The notes under the pieces are model-generated. The model was given only the letters and a program-made list of their open reading frames with translations. It was not told the DNA's origin and made no database searches. A stretch of DNA of 64,000 nucleotides, taken from positions 7,564,001 through 7,628,000 of the forward strand of contig NC_081331.1 in NCBI RefSeq assembly GCF_022539665.2, read 5' to 3'. This document shows positions 36,900-49,729 of the stretch, one piece after another (position 1 is the first letter of the stretch; each line of letters opens with the position of its first letter). Both the position numbers and the translations under genes were made by a program. The DNA is from Daphnia carinata (lineage: Eukaryota).

Positions 36900-39800
36900 G
36901 GTTTTGAGAGCTTTGATAAGTTATCGTCTGGGATTTCATTATTTAGCGATATCTTACATTTTTTAGAGCTTTTCTAGAGCCATTTCTAGAGCTTTTGTAA
37001 CTTGTTGCATTAGGGCCTCGGATGTTGCATCCCTTTAATTATTTGAATGGGATGTCTGTGTATTAAATATCTCAATAATTTATGCTTCAAATGGTCATCT
37101 GTGTAGTCCAGAAGGGCTACAAAGACGCAAACTTTGTTGAAGATTTTGATGAAATCAGCTAGCTGATGGCTTACCCGAGGACTAACGCGTCCACATTGTC
37201 ATGTACTATGGACTCAGTTAGGTGCCATAAGTAGATATTTCATCCTTCCAATGTATATTTGTGTGTAATGGAACACCCTCAAGAAAATTCGTTTCCCAGC
37301 ACTCGGTCCAATGTTTAAACCAGTACGCGCTGAAGAGCAGGATATCAGGAAGGCACCAGATCACGGCTGCATTGTCAGGGGCAGAAGTGATTTAAACTAA
37401 AGTGAAATAATACGTTTTTGATTATTTGAATTCCTCTGTGGGAAGTATTTCATGTTTTCGTTCATTAATACTGTGACTGTCTCATAGGCCTTGGACGGGT
37501 TAACAATGTTTTTCAAATGTCAAACAACCAGTGAGCCTCGTTCCATGCATTCCATTTTCCCCATTTTAAGGACGAATCTGTTCTGTGAGTCGAAATTCAG
37601 AATGCACACAAGAATGGAAGGAAGTTAGGAATGTTATCACTCTCCCAGTACGGGAAGTCATCAAATAAACCGGATAGTCGAGATCTAATGTACGACTGCG
37701 GAGCATACGGCTGGGCGTACGGCTGGACCCGAAGCATATTCTGGTAACTAAATTTTTCGGAGTTGCTAAAACTCAATTTGTGTGCGAATTGTAAGATCGC
37801 ATGACCTGTTTGGTTGTCTTCGATGCCCAGGTGTTCAAAAACTTTTATGTACGTTGAAATCATCACCGACGATAGCTGGTCCGGGACATACATTGAAAAT
37901 ATTTGTAACGTCTTCGGTGCTGTAGTTATTTGCATGGGACTATACACATATAGGAGGGCAGGGTTGGAAGCGATACTTTGCAAAAGTATCGGTATTGCGG
38001 TACAGATACTTCCATTTTCGAAAAATTTATCGCGATAGCGGTACTATCGCGATACTACTTTCAAGTATCTCACGCGATATCGATACCGATACTTTTACTT
38101 TCTCAACGCCATCTATGAGTGCAATTTATTACAATTTTTTTTCGTTAGATGGCGTTAATCAACATTTCAGCTATCGTAGTTTTATGGGACTTACGCTTTT
38201 TTTATCAGTTGACCAACAAAATATGAATACAATAATATTTTGCATTTGTTTTATTGTTTCTTTTTATTGTAAATCATTTTTTACTTTTAAAAACAATATT
38301 TCTCAAAATTTGCGTCAGAATGACGATTCCTCGGTGGACGAAAAATATTTCCGCCAACGCTGAAAAGCCTTTCGACTGAAGCCGACGAAGGCAGTGGTGC
38401 GTTGTATTTAATAAGCATCGATTTTATTGAAGAGTAAAAAATATATATCCTGGAAAAGATATATATCCTGTCAACAAATATTCATTCCACATCATTCATT
38501 ATCACATCATTCCATATAATTCCACATTCCAAAAGTAGGAAATTTCTAATTGACACTTGTTTGTTGAAGAAAAAATTCTGAACTGACAGTAACAATGTAA
38601 GGACACGGAATCGGCTGCAGCAGAAGACGCACTGTAAGGACTGGAAGATTCAAATTTTTAAGTTATAGTAGAACAATCTGTTGGCAGAAATAGTAGTCAC
38701 ATTTTTGGCTCCTAGATGGCGCCAAATTTTAAAAGTATCGGGATTGTAAGTCAAAATTTATGATCTGATACCGGTAACGATACTTTTAAAAAAGAAATAT
38801 CGCGGTACCGTTACCGGTAGTATCGCGATAGTCCAACCCTGTAGGAGGGATATCTCACTCGTGAATAGGTTGTGAATTGCGGTGTCTAGTACTTGCTGGT
38901 TTCGATTTGAAGTGGGAGCTATGATTGATGATTTTCCATGATGATTTTCCTACTCCACCGTAACCAACGGGTCAATTTTCATAAATTAGGATGTTGGAAA
39001 ATAATGTTTCGATCATGTCCATTGTGGCTGTCTGATTTCAGTGTATCTCTCTAGGGAGAATGATCGGGAGGTTGTGCCTTGCCAGGTACTGAAAATTTAG
39101 GTTTCGTTTTGATTCTTTTAAGCTGTTATCATTCCATTCGATAATATCCGACTATTTGTTACAACAGTTGATAACTGGCTCAGGGTGCATCGATGTTGAT
39201 TCATTGATGGTGTTAGCGGGTGACTGAAGAGACGTATGGTCTGTAAAGAAAACTTGCTGTTTTTCTGCGAAATAGTTGCAAATTTCTTCGAGAAGAGGGT
39301 TTACGCGGAGCTAGTCCTGCAACCCTTGGAGCAATCGTATCTAGGGATGATTTCTTGAGAGTCAGGACTTTGGTATTCGCATTGCAATTTTGTAGTATAT
39401 AAAATACTGCAGTGAGTGAGGTATAGCTTTGAAATTTCTTTTTATATCAGAGATTGACGATTGGAGTGTTTCTAGCTCTTGAATCAGAATGGCGGCTTTG
39501 ATTTTTATGGCTTCATTTTGTAGAGATGAATCATTTTCCTCTGATGGTACACAAGAAGGCATTTTTATGTGAGAGCTGATATCGTGAAATTTTATACGTT
39601 ATTTACCGATGCCTCAACTGGAGATCTAGAGAGTGAATTTGAGTTTCCACAGATTTTTAGAATGAGCAAAGTTTAGGAATCTTGGCTTTTCCAGGTAGTC
39701 GGGCCAGTTTCTGTCGCCTGCCTAGTGAAATGCGTTACCACAGCTGCGAATAAAGTTGCGGCAGAGCATGTCGGAACAGGCGTTCGTATTTTCGTAGAAT

Positions 39801-40000
39801 GATTCTGTTTTGCAGAATGATTGTGGATGACAGTTTCCGGATGGAGGTCCTAGGAACCAGCAATTTTTTCAAAGTAGCGGGCGTTGACCATGCAATTTGA
39901 TTTGTGACTAGGACCCTTGCTCTAGGCGGGTAGTCAGAGATGAGAGTGACATATTCTGAATCGGTGAGTGTCACCATCTTTCTTTTTTAATCTTTTTGCT
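36900..40000 (-). pseudogene. Long decayed intronless ORF(s) of unknown origin
   Basis: ORFs 39977-39735, 39562-39362 and 37983-37597. Removing the hAT MITE joins ..LFTSEISL-LYVYSPMQ.. in frame. No family recognised. Confidence 0.4.
37959..38841. mobile_element. hAT-type MITE (883 bp)
   Basis: TIR CAGGGTTGGA / TCCAACCCTG; perfect 8-bp TSD TAGGAGGG (37951-37958, 38842-38849); GATACT/AGTATC subterminal repeats. Confidence 0.92.
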
Positions 40001-40609
40001 TTGACTACTTCATATGAGGCTAATTCGACTACGATTTCCTCTTCTTGGTCTGCTACTGATACAACGAAGATTTGCTTTGGCTCCATTTTACATCTAGTAC
40101 GGAATATGATCAAGGTTTTTTAAGTTCAGAAGTAGGTTTCTTGTCACCTCATCCGGGCCGTCTACGAATAGATCTCCATCGCGGTGATACGATAAGAGGC
40201 TTACGAGAATACGATGAATACTTTTCTAAAGCACTTATGATCGGTTACAGTGATAATGAAAGGTAATAGAGGGGGAGGTGAACGACAGTCTGTAGAGAAG
40301 TGGTTGTCAATGGATGAAAAAGAGTTGTTTCCAGGCCGCTTGACTGGAGTTGGTTCCAACGGTGAACGTATGGTGAACGTAAAAACGTATGTGAAGAGGC
40401 GATTATCATATAAGTTGTCGCAAGCTGTACTTGTGTTTAGTAGGCTTATTCAGTTCTCTGTAGCGCCTAGAGGCAGTTCGTTTTCCGCTTTTCATGTTTT
40501 ACTTTTTTTACTTATCTGTATTCGTGCCATACTACACAAGACAATATCAAACTCATAGAATGTTCGAACGAAATGCAGTCTCGGATTTCATAAAATTCGA
40601 GCGGAGCAA

Positions 40610-42215
40610 GTGATCAAGCGTGTCACCAACTGGGTGGACGAAAGTCTTCGGGCATTTGACAATGTCGCGACGGCCAATTTCCCAATGGAAGTAAAGCCAT
40701 TCTTGGAGGGGCCTGCGTTCAATTTGGTGGAAATCAAGTCCAGAGCGGAGCGTCGGCGGCAGGAGTTCAGGGAGTTGGAGAGAGCCCTGAAAGGCGATGG
40801 AACCCGGAGGAAGCGCGGGATGTTCGACGCTGGAGGCAAATTACTTAGCTGGAAATTTTGGACCGCTACCACCCAGGAGCTAGAGTCGGTGCATTCAAGG
40901 CTCGAATCTTTCGACAAGAAGGGCCTGGAAGTAGTGCATCTTCTTCAGGAGCAAGCAACACTCCTGAATGTCACGTTGGGACACCTGGCGGAACATGAGG
41001 CAGAGATTAACATCTTGATAGCGACCTCGGGACAGATGCGCCACGAACAAGCTCAGCTGAGAAAGGCTTTCAACGAGAGCTGGACACACCTGGCGAGAGA
41101 ATTGCTTTATCTCAGAAAGTGGCGAGATCCATCGAGAAAGCTAATCGCGCTCTGGACTGGACGGCGGAAGTCCTGCATGGATGGCAGACTGGGCTAGCGG
41201 ACGCAGCAATAGGGAAGCTGTCACCCCTGATGTGCCCCCCGAACGTACTGACTCAAGCGTTGGAGTCCGTTTGACAGACGTTACCCCAAGGATGGGGGCT
41301 GACACCGGCCCTTCAAGGGGGTAATGGCTGGAGGGCCTACGAAGAGGCTAGGGTGGAGGCGGCACTGGCAAACGGCAACATTCGGTTGTTTATTCATTTA
41401 CCAGTATTTGAATTTAATTATGCTTTGCAGATTTATAGTGTGTGTGTGTGTGTGTCCCCAATGCCAGTGGCCACCAGCAAAGGGGAATCGATGTCCCACT
41501 CCTACGCTGGGTTAGCTCCGTATCTGGGAGTGTCGCCGGATCGCCAACTGTTTGTGGAATTCAACGCCGATGAAGCGCGAAAATGTGCGCCATTCATGGG
41601 CAGTGTGTGCCCTTTCCTGAAGCCCATTGACCGAAAAGGAAGGATGAAGACCTGTACGGCGGCTGTATTTCTACAGGAGCAGGAAGCCATTCAGAAGAAC
41701 TGCCGGCTGGACAGTAAAAAGTGGAATGGCATAGATCTGTTTTATGTCGGAGGACGAAAGTGGGGCTACGCGGGGAAGGACAATGTGACTATAGTGCTCC
41801 AGTGCCCTGGTAAAAGGATCGGCGGAATAGGTTTGCCACAAGTTCTGCCCGCAGCGGGGGTGATAAGAATCCCAAGACTTTGTTCGGCAACCTCAGATGA
41901 CTGGGTTCTGCAAGCGAGCTTTCGACGGATGCTGCCAATGAACGTCACAAACGTCATTGACGAAGAAGCGGCCGGGATGCTGAGCAGCTTGCTGGTGCCG
42001 GTGATGGAGCAACGGCAACCGGTGGTAATGAGCCCAATATTGGAGCATTCACCATCAGCGCTTCGCCCACCAACGCGGATAGACCAAAGCGACCAAAGCG
42101 GTCGAAAGCCTACGCCGACAATGGGAGGAAGAAGAGAACGTCAAGCGGTACCCATTTGAGTGGGTTATTGGATTTCTGTTCCCAGTGCCTCTGATTATTT
42201 ATCTGATATTTGAAT
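40610..42215 (+). pseudogene. env: Baculovirus F / errantivirus Env-like class I fusion protein relic
   Basis: Furin site RRKR followed by the fusion peptide GMFDAGGKLLSW.F.TAT, a heptad region, a Cys-rich C-half (CAPFMGSVC, TCTAA, NC, QC, LC) and TM WVIGFLFPVPLIIYLIF. Frameshifts present. Confidence 0.85.
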
Positions 42216-44065
42216 ATCGGAGGTTGAGGAACCATGTCGATATCCTGTTATTGGCTCGCGCCACTGAAGTGCGAGATCCCAAAAACGGGACAAATCCGAT
42301 TCCAGCACGGTGGCGGGAACCTCGTCGGAAGGCTTTGAACTCTCCACAATTAATGGCATAAACAAATCTACAACCACTGCACACACTACACACAAAAACT
42401 ACAACCTAAACTTTCAACACCTGCCATTTTTTGTTTACAAATGTGCGTTACAAGAGCGTCTACTTTGCACCAAGACAAAAATGTGTTCCAATGGGCCAAA
42501 AACCTGGCAATGCCCCGGTTAGTGCATGACGTCATGGCTAGTTTTCTGACTGCCCTAACCCTACTCCGTAGGGCGGCCATTGGAAATTGACATTAGAATC
42601 GTCCAACGCGTTGGACCGTTTCACAGACTTCGGCAAAACGTTTCGGTCAAACGGTCCAACGCCAACTAGAGATCCTGTCGGCCAAAAGTGCAAACTTAGC
42701 CTATGTTTAAACACTGTCAAACGCGAAAAACAGCCGGTGAAAAGTCGTTTATTGAATTTGATTAGTGTTAACCCTGTGAAACATTAGCTAGACAACGCAA
42801 ATTAGCAAACACGAAACAAATAGAACTTGTAGAATTGGAGGGAAATCTTTTAGATTTATAAGCAGTGCATAAAGATGTCAAAAAGAGAGAGATACCTGTG
42901 AAAATCGCGACGCTGTCCAGGATAACAATGAAGGAAAACAAGGTAACGTTGTTAAAGAACTCGAATTACGCGTGCAATATTTAATGCATTTCTGCCATTC
43001 TGTTTTGAGTAGCCATCTCAGTGATTTTGTATTAAAGCCTAGTTATAATATTGCAACAACTTAAAGAAGATGATGTTGGTTCCCATCTCACCGGTTATTA
43101 AAAAACTTCTGAAGAATATCGAAAAAAAGAAAGCAGTTCGAATATATATGCTACCCGATTGGATAAAGAATGGGATTCCGCAAGGTCTGGATAGCAGAGA
43201 AAGCCTTACAACATGAAAGGGACACATTGGCTTTTAGCACATGCCAAATATGCAGAAGTTCTTCAGCTTGTGTCCGCTGAAAGTCTTGCAAAAAGAACTT
43301 GTGCAACGACATTATTCACTCTGAACAAGTGGCACATCATCACATTAATTTCAATTGCGGTGCAATGATTATTCTTCTTCCAACACTATTACTGGATGTC
43401 AAGAAGGAATTGTGCTTAAAAGGTATTTTTAAGGCACAAGTCAACGTTTTACAATGTTTTTAACAATCTGTTGATATTTTAAGATGTAGCTGCTCATGTT
43501 TTTGAGCCAAATTCCTGTCACAACTGCCAATCTATTGGAACAATGTACATTAAATGTGGGTCAAGTCCAATTATTTTAATAACACGTGAGGGTTTATTTG
43601 ACTAAATGTTTGTTTGAAAATAATCACATCTACCATAACATAATTTTCATTATTTTCAGGACGATTCCATTTGAGAACTTCAGCTCTGAATTGCCTTAAA
43701 GGAATGAATGGCAAATATGGTAACATAAATAACTTGTGTAACGGAAAGATAAATTGTAACATAGTATATTTTGTTTTTATTGTAGTGTCCGTCGCGAAAG
43801 ACTACGAGCTAATCGATACGTGGATGTTTAAATGAAGATTCGAAGAATAAAGTGAGCAAACTCACAAGGAGATGGCATATTTTATCAACGAATCAATACA
43901 AACTGAAGAAACTTTAGAAAAGGACATAGCATCTTACATGATAATGTGTGATCCACTTAGTGAAAGCAGGGCGTCATTAGCTCAGGCAGAAATTTTGAGG
44001 ATCATTTTCGTGCTCGGCGAAACCTTGTTGAAATTTGACGTTGATGTATCATCTATATTAAACTT

Positions 44066-45132
44066 CCCACACGGCACGACGGGCTACTCTGTACCTCTGC
44101 ATAACTGCCTACTTTCCTCCTCAGTCTTCTCCAAAACCATCCTAAATTCCTCTTAGAACCTTCTGTTTGGTCGCCTGGTAGCTGCCTGACAGGATCTTCA
44201 GTCCCTCTTACATCCTCCTCAGCCAGTACCTACAACCTCCCGTGATGAAAAAAATTGTGTGACACATGTCTTCGATATACCCAGCTGCTTTATATAAGTT
44301 TTATAGGAATTGAATGTAATTAACAAACAAAATGAATAATAAACGACAACAGAATATTGGAAATTGTATATTCAATTTCAAAAACTTTATCTTTTATTGG
44401 AATTGGCAAAGAAATAGGACTGGCTTTTATAATATTTTAGGTTAGTCCTATTTTTCCAAGGCATTAGTCCTATTTCTATTTAGAGATAGTCCTATTTTCT
44501 AAAATTGTTCCAATTGGAACGATTGGCCTCCATTCCGGTAAAAGCGTCGAATTATGTGCATTTTCCTTTTTAAAATACCGACGGTGTTTACTCATTACTT
44601 AAATGGTTCACAAAACCTTTTTTTCTTATGCTATTTTAATTAAAATTACAGGAGAACATGAACTATATTGTATTTAATAGAGTTCATTTAACAAAATACT
44701 ATTAGAGCAAAATCAGACATATTTATTACTTATATTGGTTTATTTATCAATTTATAGTGGTCATAACAAACTTTTCCAATTGCATAAATTTTTACAATTT
44801 CATACTACTATCGTTACCTAATTCTAAATTTCCAATTTTTAATTCTAATTTGAAATGGTAAACCGCAAAATTTACATTATCTAACAATTCTACTTTAGCC
44901 AAATGTTTTTGTGATACTTTAAAACTCACGAGTCTTACTTTCATGAAGGGATCTCCTAAAGCTCTCCTGAGCATATCACCAACAATTTCTTGAATTGAAA
45001 ATATTGGCATGTTTCTCCACAATTTTCCAGCCTCTTGTGGCACTCCTCAGTACTTCTCAACGGTATGATAGATGTGCTGTGGAGGCTAAGAGCCATTTAG
45101 AAGATTCGCAGGAAGGAGATGTGCCGTGTGGG
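44066..45132. mobile_element. CACTA-like MITE, copy 1 (inverted relative to 49730-50799)
   Basis: CCCACACGGCAC...GTGCCGTGTGGG; reverse complement of 49730-50799 with scattered differences. Confidence 0.9.
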
Positions 45133-45577
45133 CTGACTTTCTATGGTCGCAATGAGATAGTTTCTTGCCATGATGTCCTTTCTCATCCACTATGCTCTCT
45201 GCTCGGTGTTGACAGAATTATCTTCAGAGACAACCTTGGCACGTTGGTGAGAAAACATTAACATCTGTTGGGACATGCTTATGCTTAAGATATACCTCAA
45301 CAGGATATTTTTCCAATCCAGTCAAAACGTTGACAAGATCACGCTGCTCGAGCAATAGCCAACATCCGAACTTCCACAGGGGGAAATTACTGCCATTAAA
45401 CTTGGCTATATGGTTGACTTCCTCAATGTATTTTGTGTCATTTTGCTTTCAGACAGGGTGCATGGACTGGGCCCATAACCTGTGAAGAAGACAGAATGTG
45501 TCAATGGAATTGAGGCGTCTGTCTTTGATGACAGGCATTGCAATTCCACCCTAGTGCAATGCAGTAAGTGAGCGTAT
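45133..45577 (-). mobile_element. Duplicated Copia fragment (LTR 3' part, PBS, gag start)
   Basis: Reverse complement of ~49285-49729, including GGTTATGGGCCCAG. Confidence 0.9.
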
Positions 45578-46789
45578 CAATCAGTTATGATTGATGCGCT
45601 GGGGAGGCTAAAAGCCTTGTAGAAGGTTCCCAGGTAGGAGATGTGTGGGTTCCCTATGATTTTGTAGAAGAGTCAGATGTTATATGAAATAGAAAATTCA
45701 ATTGATTATGAAACAGAGATGATTTTTGAATAAACTTACCGTTTCACTTGTAGACAATATTTGAGTTCATTAGTTGTAATAAAACAAACAATGGAATTGG
45801 CAGTATGGGCAGGTTATCTACCGACAAAGAGATGAAATATTACTGCATAATCAAAAAAAAATTCGTATTTTTAGTTAAACTCCGATTAAAACAACTGGTA
45901 AGTAGATCCGTATTAAATATAAGAAAAAAAAACATTCGAATTACCGCCGAATCCTTGAAAATGTTGTCTGCTTCGACGGTGATTGGTGGAAGTTTTTTTC
46001 AATATTCTGGTTATAAAAAGTCAATATTAAATAGATTTTTTGGTATCACGAGATGCACAAGCTTGCGGAGATTCCAGAAAGTGTACTTTTTTTGCAATAA
46101 TTGGAAATAACCCCCAAACGAGTGTCCTAAACTTTGGAACTTCTTGGCTGCCATTTCCCTTCCTCTAAAATGAAAGCTAAAATATAAATAATTAATTTAG
46201 GCTCTATCATAAGTTAAGATTTAAAAAGTTTAACTGAAATGGATAGCTCTCTTTATGAAACTATCAATTTTTGTAAAAGTAAAGATGAAAAATTGAGAAG
46301 GAAAAAATTTTTACAAGAGCGCTTTTTTAAAGTTTTTTGGCGAACGAGCGCTATTACTGTAGCCAATGAAGAAAACGGCATAGGAAGCCTTCATGTAAGA
46401 TTTCTTTTCTTCTCAATTTTTCATTTTTATTTTTACAGAAATGGATAAATCTCTTACCTAGTATGTTTAAACTAAGTTTTTACTTCATTCCCATTTTTTT
46501 CTAGTATGACACGCGTTATATACGCTCTTTTGAATTTTCTCTTACATGAATTTCAGTCCTTTTTGTGTTTTTTAAAATGGCTCTAGTTACACTGAAACCA
46601 GTAAGTTTCGGTAGTTCGAAGGAATTCGAGACTTTTTTCCAGGTTTGAAGGATGTCCCCTAAAGCTAAGGAATATATTTGCAAACTGAGTATAAATACTA
46701 TGTGAAGAAACAATACACAAAGCTATTTAAATATTTGCTTGATAAATGTTGCAATCGTTGCGTAGAAAAAAAGAGAAAAAAAATGCCCC

Positions 46790-46965
46790 ACGAAGGCATA
46801 GTCTGGCGGGCAAAAATGGCGAGCCGAAAAAAATAGAAAAAATAAATGGCCTAAGAAGGCATAGTCCGGTGGGCAAAAACGGCCCGCCAAAAAAACGGAA
46901 AGAACCATGACCCACGATGGCACAGTCCGGTGGCAAAAAATGGCCAGCCGAAATAGAAAACGTAA
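46790..46965 (+). repeat. Imperfect ~60-bp tandem repeat x3
   Basis: Three units of the form ggcatagtc(c/t)gg(t/c)gggcaaaaa..gcc..aaaaa. Confidence 0.7.
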
Positions 46966-48819
46966 AAAAATGACGTGCTTAAGACAAATACGGAATTGGG
47001 ACATACCTTTAAAAAGCAGCTTTATCCACAACAAAAACACAACAAAACACTGCCACTGTACACTGACAAAAAAGAACAAATATGTAAATTACGGCACTTT
47101 ACTCGCAAAAAATTACACGTGTCTATCTACACCACGAGAGTATACTAATTTTTAATAGCTAGCAAAAGGCTTTTCAGTCGGGTGGTGTGTTATTGCCAGG
47201 TATTTTTTGTCTTTTCATTTGAGTTATAATATAAATCTCAATTAGCAATAATGAATTTTACTATAGTATTTTAGTAGTATACGAATTTTTATCTTTCGGT
47301 ACAATAGGGGAAAACTTATTTTATTACAACGAAATCTTTCGGTGCAATAGGGAATAAAGCCACTTATTGCAACGACAGATTTCAGTAAAATAGTAAACAA
47401 AACCCTTATTGAAACGAAAGATTTCGGTGCAATAGATTCCACTGTCAGCCAGCTCATTACCTAGGATGCCAATGTCGCTTAGGATCCAAGTGTGTGCGAG
47501 TGCCTGATTTTTTTAGATTTTGGATAAGGTTCCATATTTCTATTGTAACTGGCTTTTGGTTTTGGGTTAGTCTAGGAGTTGCGTTGATTGCCAGTAAGGG
47601 CTGCTGGGAGTCGGGGTCCGGGTTCTGTATGGTAAATGGCTTCAAGGGCTTTTTATCCCATATAGTTCGGCCGTTTGGATGTTGGACACTGGGGTAAGGT
47701 GCCAGGCACTTTTGAATCCAGGGTCCGAAAATATGTAGACGCACGAAGTGGAGGCTGAAGTTACGGATCCGTCCATGAATCCGACGAGGGAGGTCTAGAA
47801 TATATTCCTTAAAACCTTGTTTATCGCCGCCCGAGCTTTAGATTGGTTGGAGGTAGCTTCTGGTTTTGTCATCGAGAAGTAGGATGTCATGTGAGGCGCG
47901 GTGGTCCAGGGCGTAGTGGTTTTCCTTTGAGTTATGTATCCGAAGCGGTCTGATAAAAGATTATAGTCCTGCGAAGTAATGTCACCGAGCATTATATAGA
48001 TGTTTGGGGTGCTTCAGACGGGCCATGATCAAGGGTTGTTAAGATGTTGCAGGGCTGGCTGAGGCCGAATTGTCGGGTTGTTTCCTCAGTTTAATTAGAT
48101 ATCGGGCCATGAGCCATTTGTATCTTCTTTTGACCGTTTCCAGTCCAAAGTTCTGTGTATTCTATCTATTTTATTCTATTCTGTGTAGGATATCCACCAG
48201 AGTGGATTTGAATAGGGTCGCCAGTGTCGGGGTATTTGATCCGAATGATTGTTTGGTGAGCATGTTAAAGAGGTTTCGTATATTATTCGTTTCTTTATAC
48301 AGCTGTTGACAACAAGTAGCTGATATTACTAAGAGGAGGACTTGCGCTTCAGCTGGAGAGGATGAGGTAGCGGCTCGAAAGAATGCTGAAGGCCTACACT
48401 AGATAGTTCTCTCAAGGGTCAACTAACTACTGCTAGTTGTCCATGGCTTTATATATGTTAGCCATCGACCGTGAGAGCCATACGGGACAATGTTAAAGGA
48501 TAGGCGGCAATATCGGGTGGTATCGGGCGATTTTGGGTGCAATGGAGAGGTAAGGCGGGCAAATTCGGGTGGTATCGAACGAATTTTGGGCGATAGCTGA
48601 AAATCGGTCGGACGGTTTTAGGCCATTTCGGATAATCCCAGACCAACCAAAATAAATCTATTTTTAGCCAACGTGCCGAGACATGTCTTCGTTATTTCCT
48701 ATATTCCTAAGGGAGTTTTAAAACTAGGTTAGTAAATGAAGGCTTTAAGAAACAAGGGGTACAGGTATAAGATTCTAGTCTATTTGAGAAAGTAAGTAAG
48801 GAGGGGCTTCGCTCGACGA

Positions 48820-49080
48820 TTTGTTGCATTACGACATTGAACAATAATGGACTTAGTACCGCTTCCTCGGTTGATGGTTCTTGTATAAGAAACGAAGTTT
48901 CCTATTTGCACACAGACCGTACTACCGGTGAGGAAAGATTGAATCCACTTATGGGTTTGTCCCTTTATGCCCAAATTTTGCCAATTGAAAAGAATACTGG
49001 TGTGTTGAGCGCGATACGAACGCTTTGGCAATGTCAAACTTGCTATTGACTATCATTAGATGGCTGTGCTTAACACATCA
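48820..49080 (-). mobile_element. LINE reverse-transcriptase fragment
   Basis: DIAKAF..LGIKGQTHKWIQSFLTGSTVCVQIGNFVS..INRG, the region before the non-LTR RT PQG motif. Confidence 0.75.
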
Positions 49081-49381
49081 TCTGTTGGAATACCTGCCCT
49101 TTGGTTTAGTGTGCTCATCGTTCCTTTTGTCATACAGTCTTCTCTCTCTCATCCAGAGTTTGTAAGAAAACAGTAAGACGTCAAAAGCTCTCGTACTCCA
49201 TACTAAATACAGTTTGAGTTCGCACTTGTATCTCTCCTTCTTTACATACCATGGACATAAGAGGTAAGTTTATTCACTATATTTATACGCTCACTTACTG
49301 CATTGCACTAGGGTGGAATTGCAATGCCTGTCGTCAAAGTCAGACGCCTCAATTCCATTGACACATTCTGTCTTCTTCACA

Positions 49382-49395
49382 GGTTATGGGCCCAG
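49382..49395 (+). promoter_or_regulatory. Copia-type PBS (internal/half tRNA-iMet priming)
   Basis: GGTTATGGGCCCAG directly after the LTR CA, as in Drosophila copia-like elements. Confidence 0.85.
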
Positions 49396-49729
49396 TCCAT
49401 GCGCCCTGTCTGAAAGCAAAATGACACAAAATACATTGAGGAAGTCAACCATATAGCCAAGTTTAATGGCAGTAATTTCCCCCTGTGGAAGTTCGGATGT
49501 TGGCTATTGCTCGAGCAGCGTGATGTTGTCAACGTTTTGACTGGATTGGAAAAATATCCTGTTGAGGTATATCTTAAGCATAAGCATGTCCCAACAGATG
49601 TTAATGTTTTCTCACCAACGTGCCAAGGTTGTCTCTGAAGATAATTCTGTGACCACCGAGCAGAGAGCATAGTGGATGAGAAAGGACATCATGGCAAGAA
49701 ACTATCTCATTGCGACCATAGAAAGTCAG

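Noticed and set aside
41437..41455. (GT)n microsatellite in the F-like env
   Set aside because: Ordinary slippage in a pseudogene.
42560..44060. Possible intron-containing transposase or zinc-finger gene
   Set aside because: Exon-like pieces exist but no interpretable motif could be assembled by eye.
44792..45043. 83-aa ORF also present at 49861-50067
   Set aside because: Lies in AT-rich MITE DNA; the recurrence comes from the duplication and no domain is recognisable.
46790..47440. Spaced short repeats resembling a CRISPR array
   Set aside because: Degenerate repeats with irregular, related spacers, no cas genes and a eukaryotic context. More likely transposon subterminal or minisatellite repeats.
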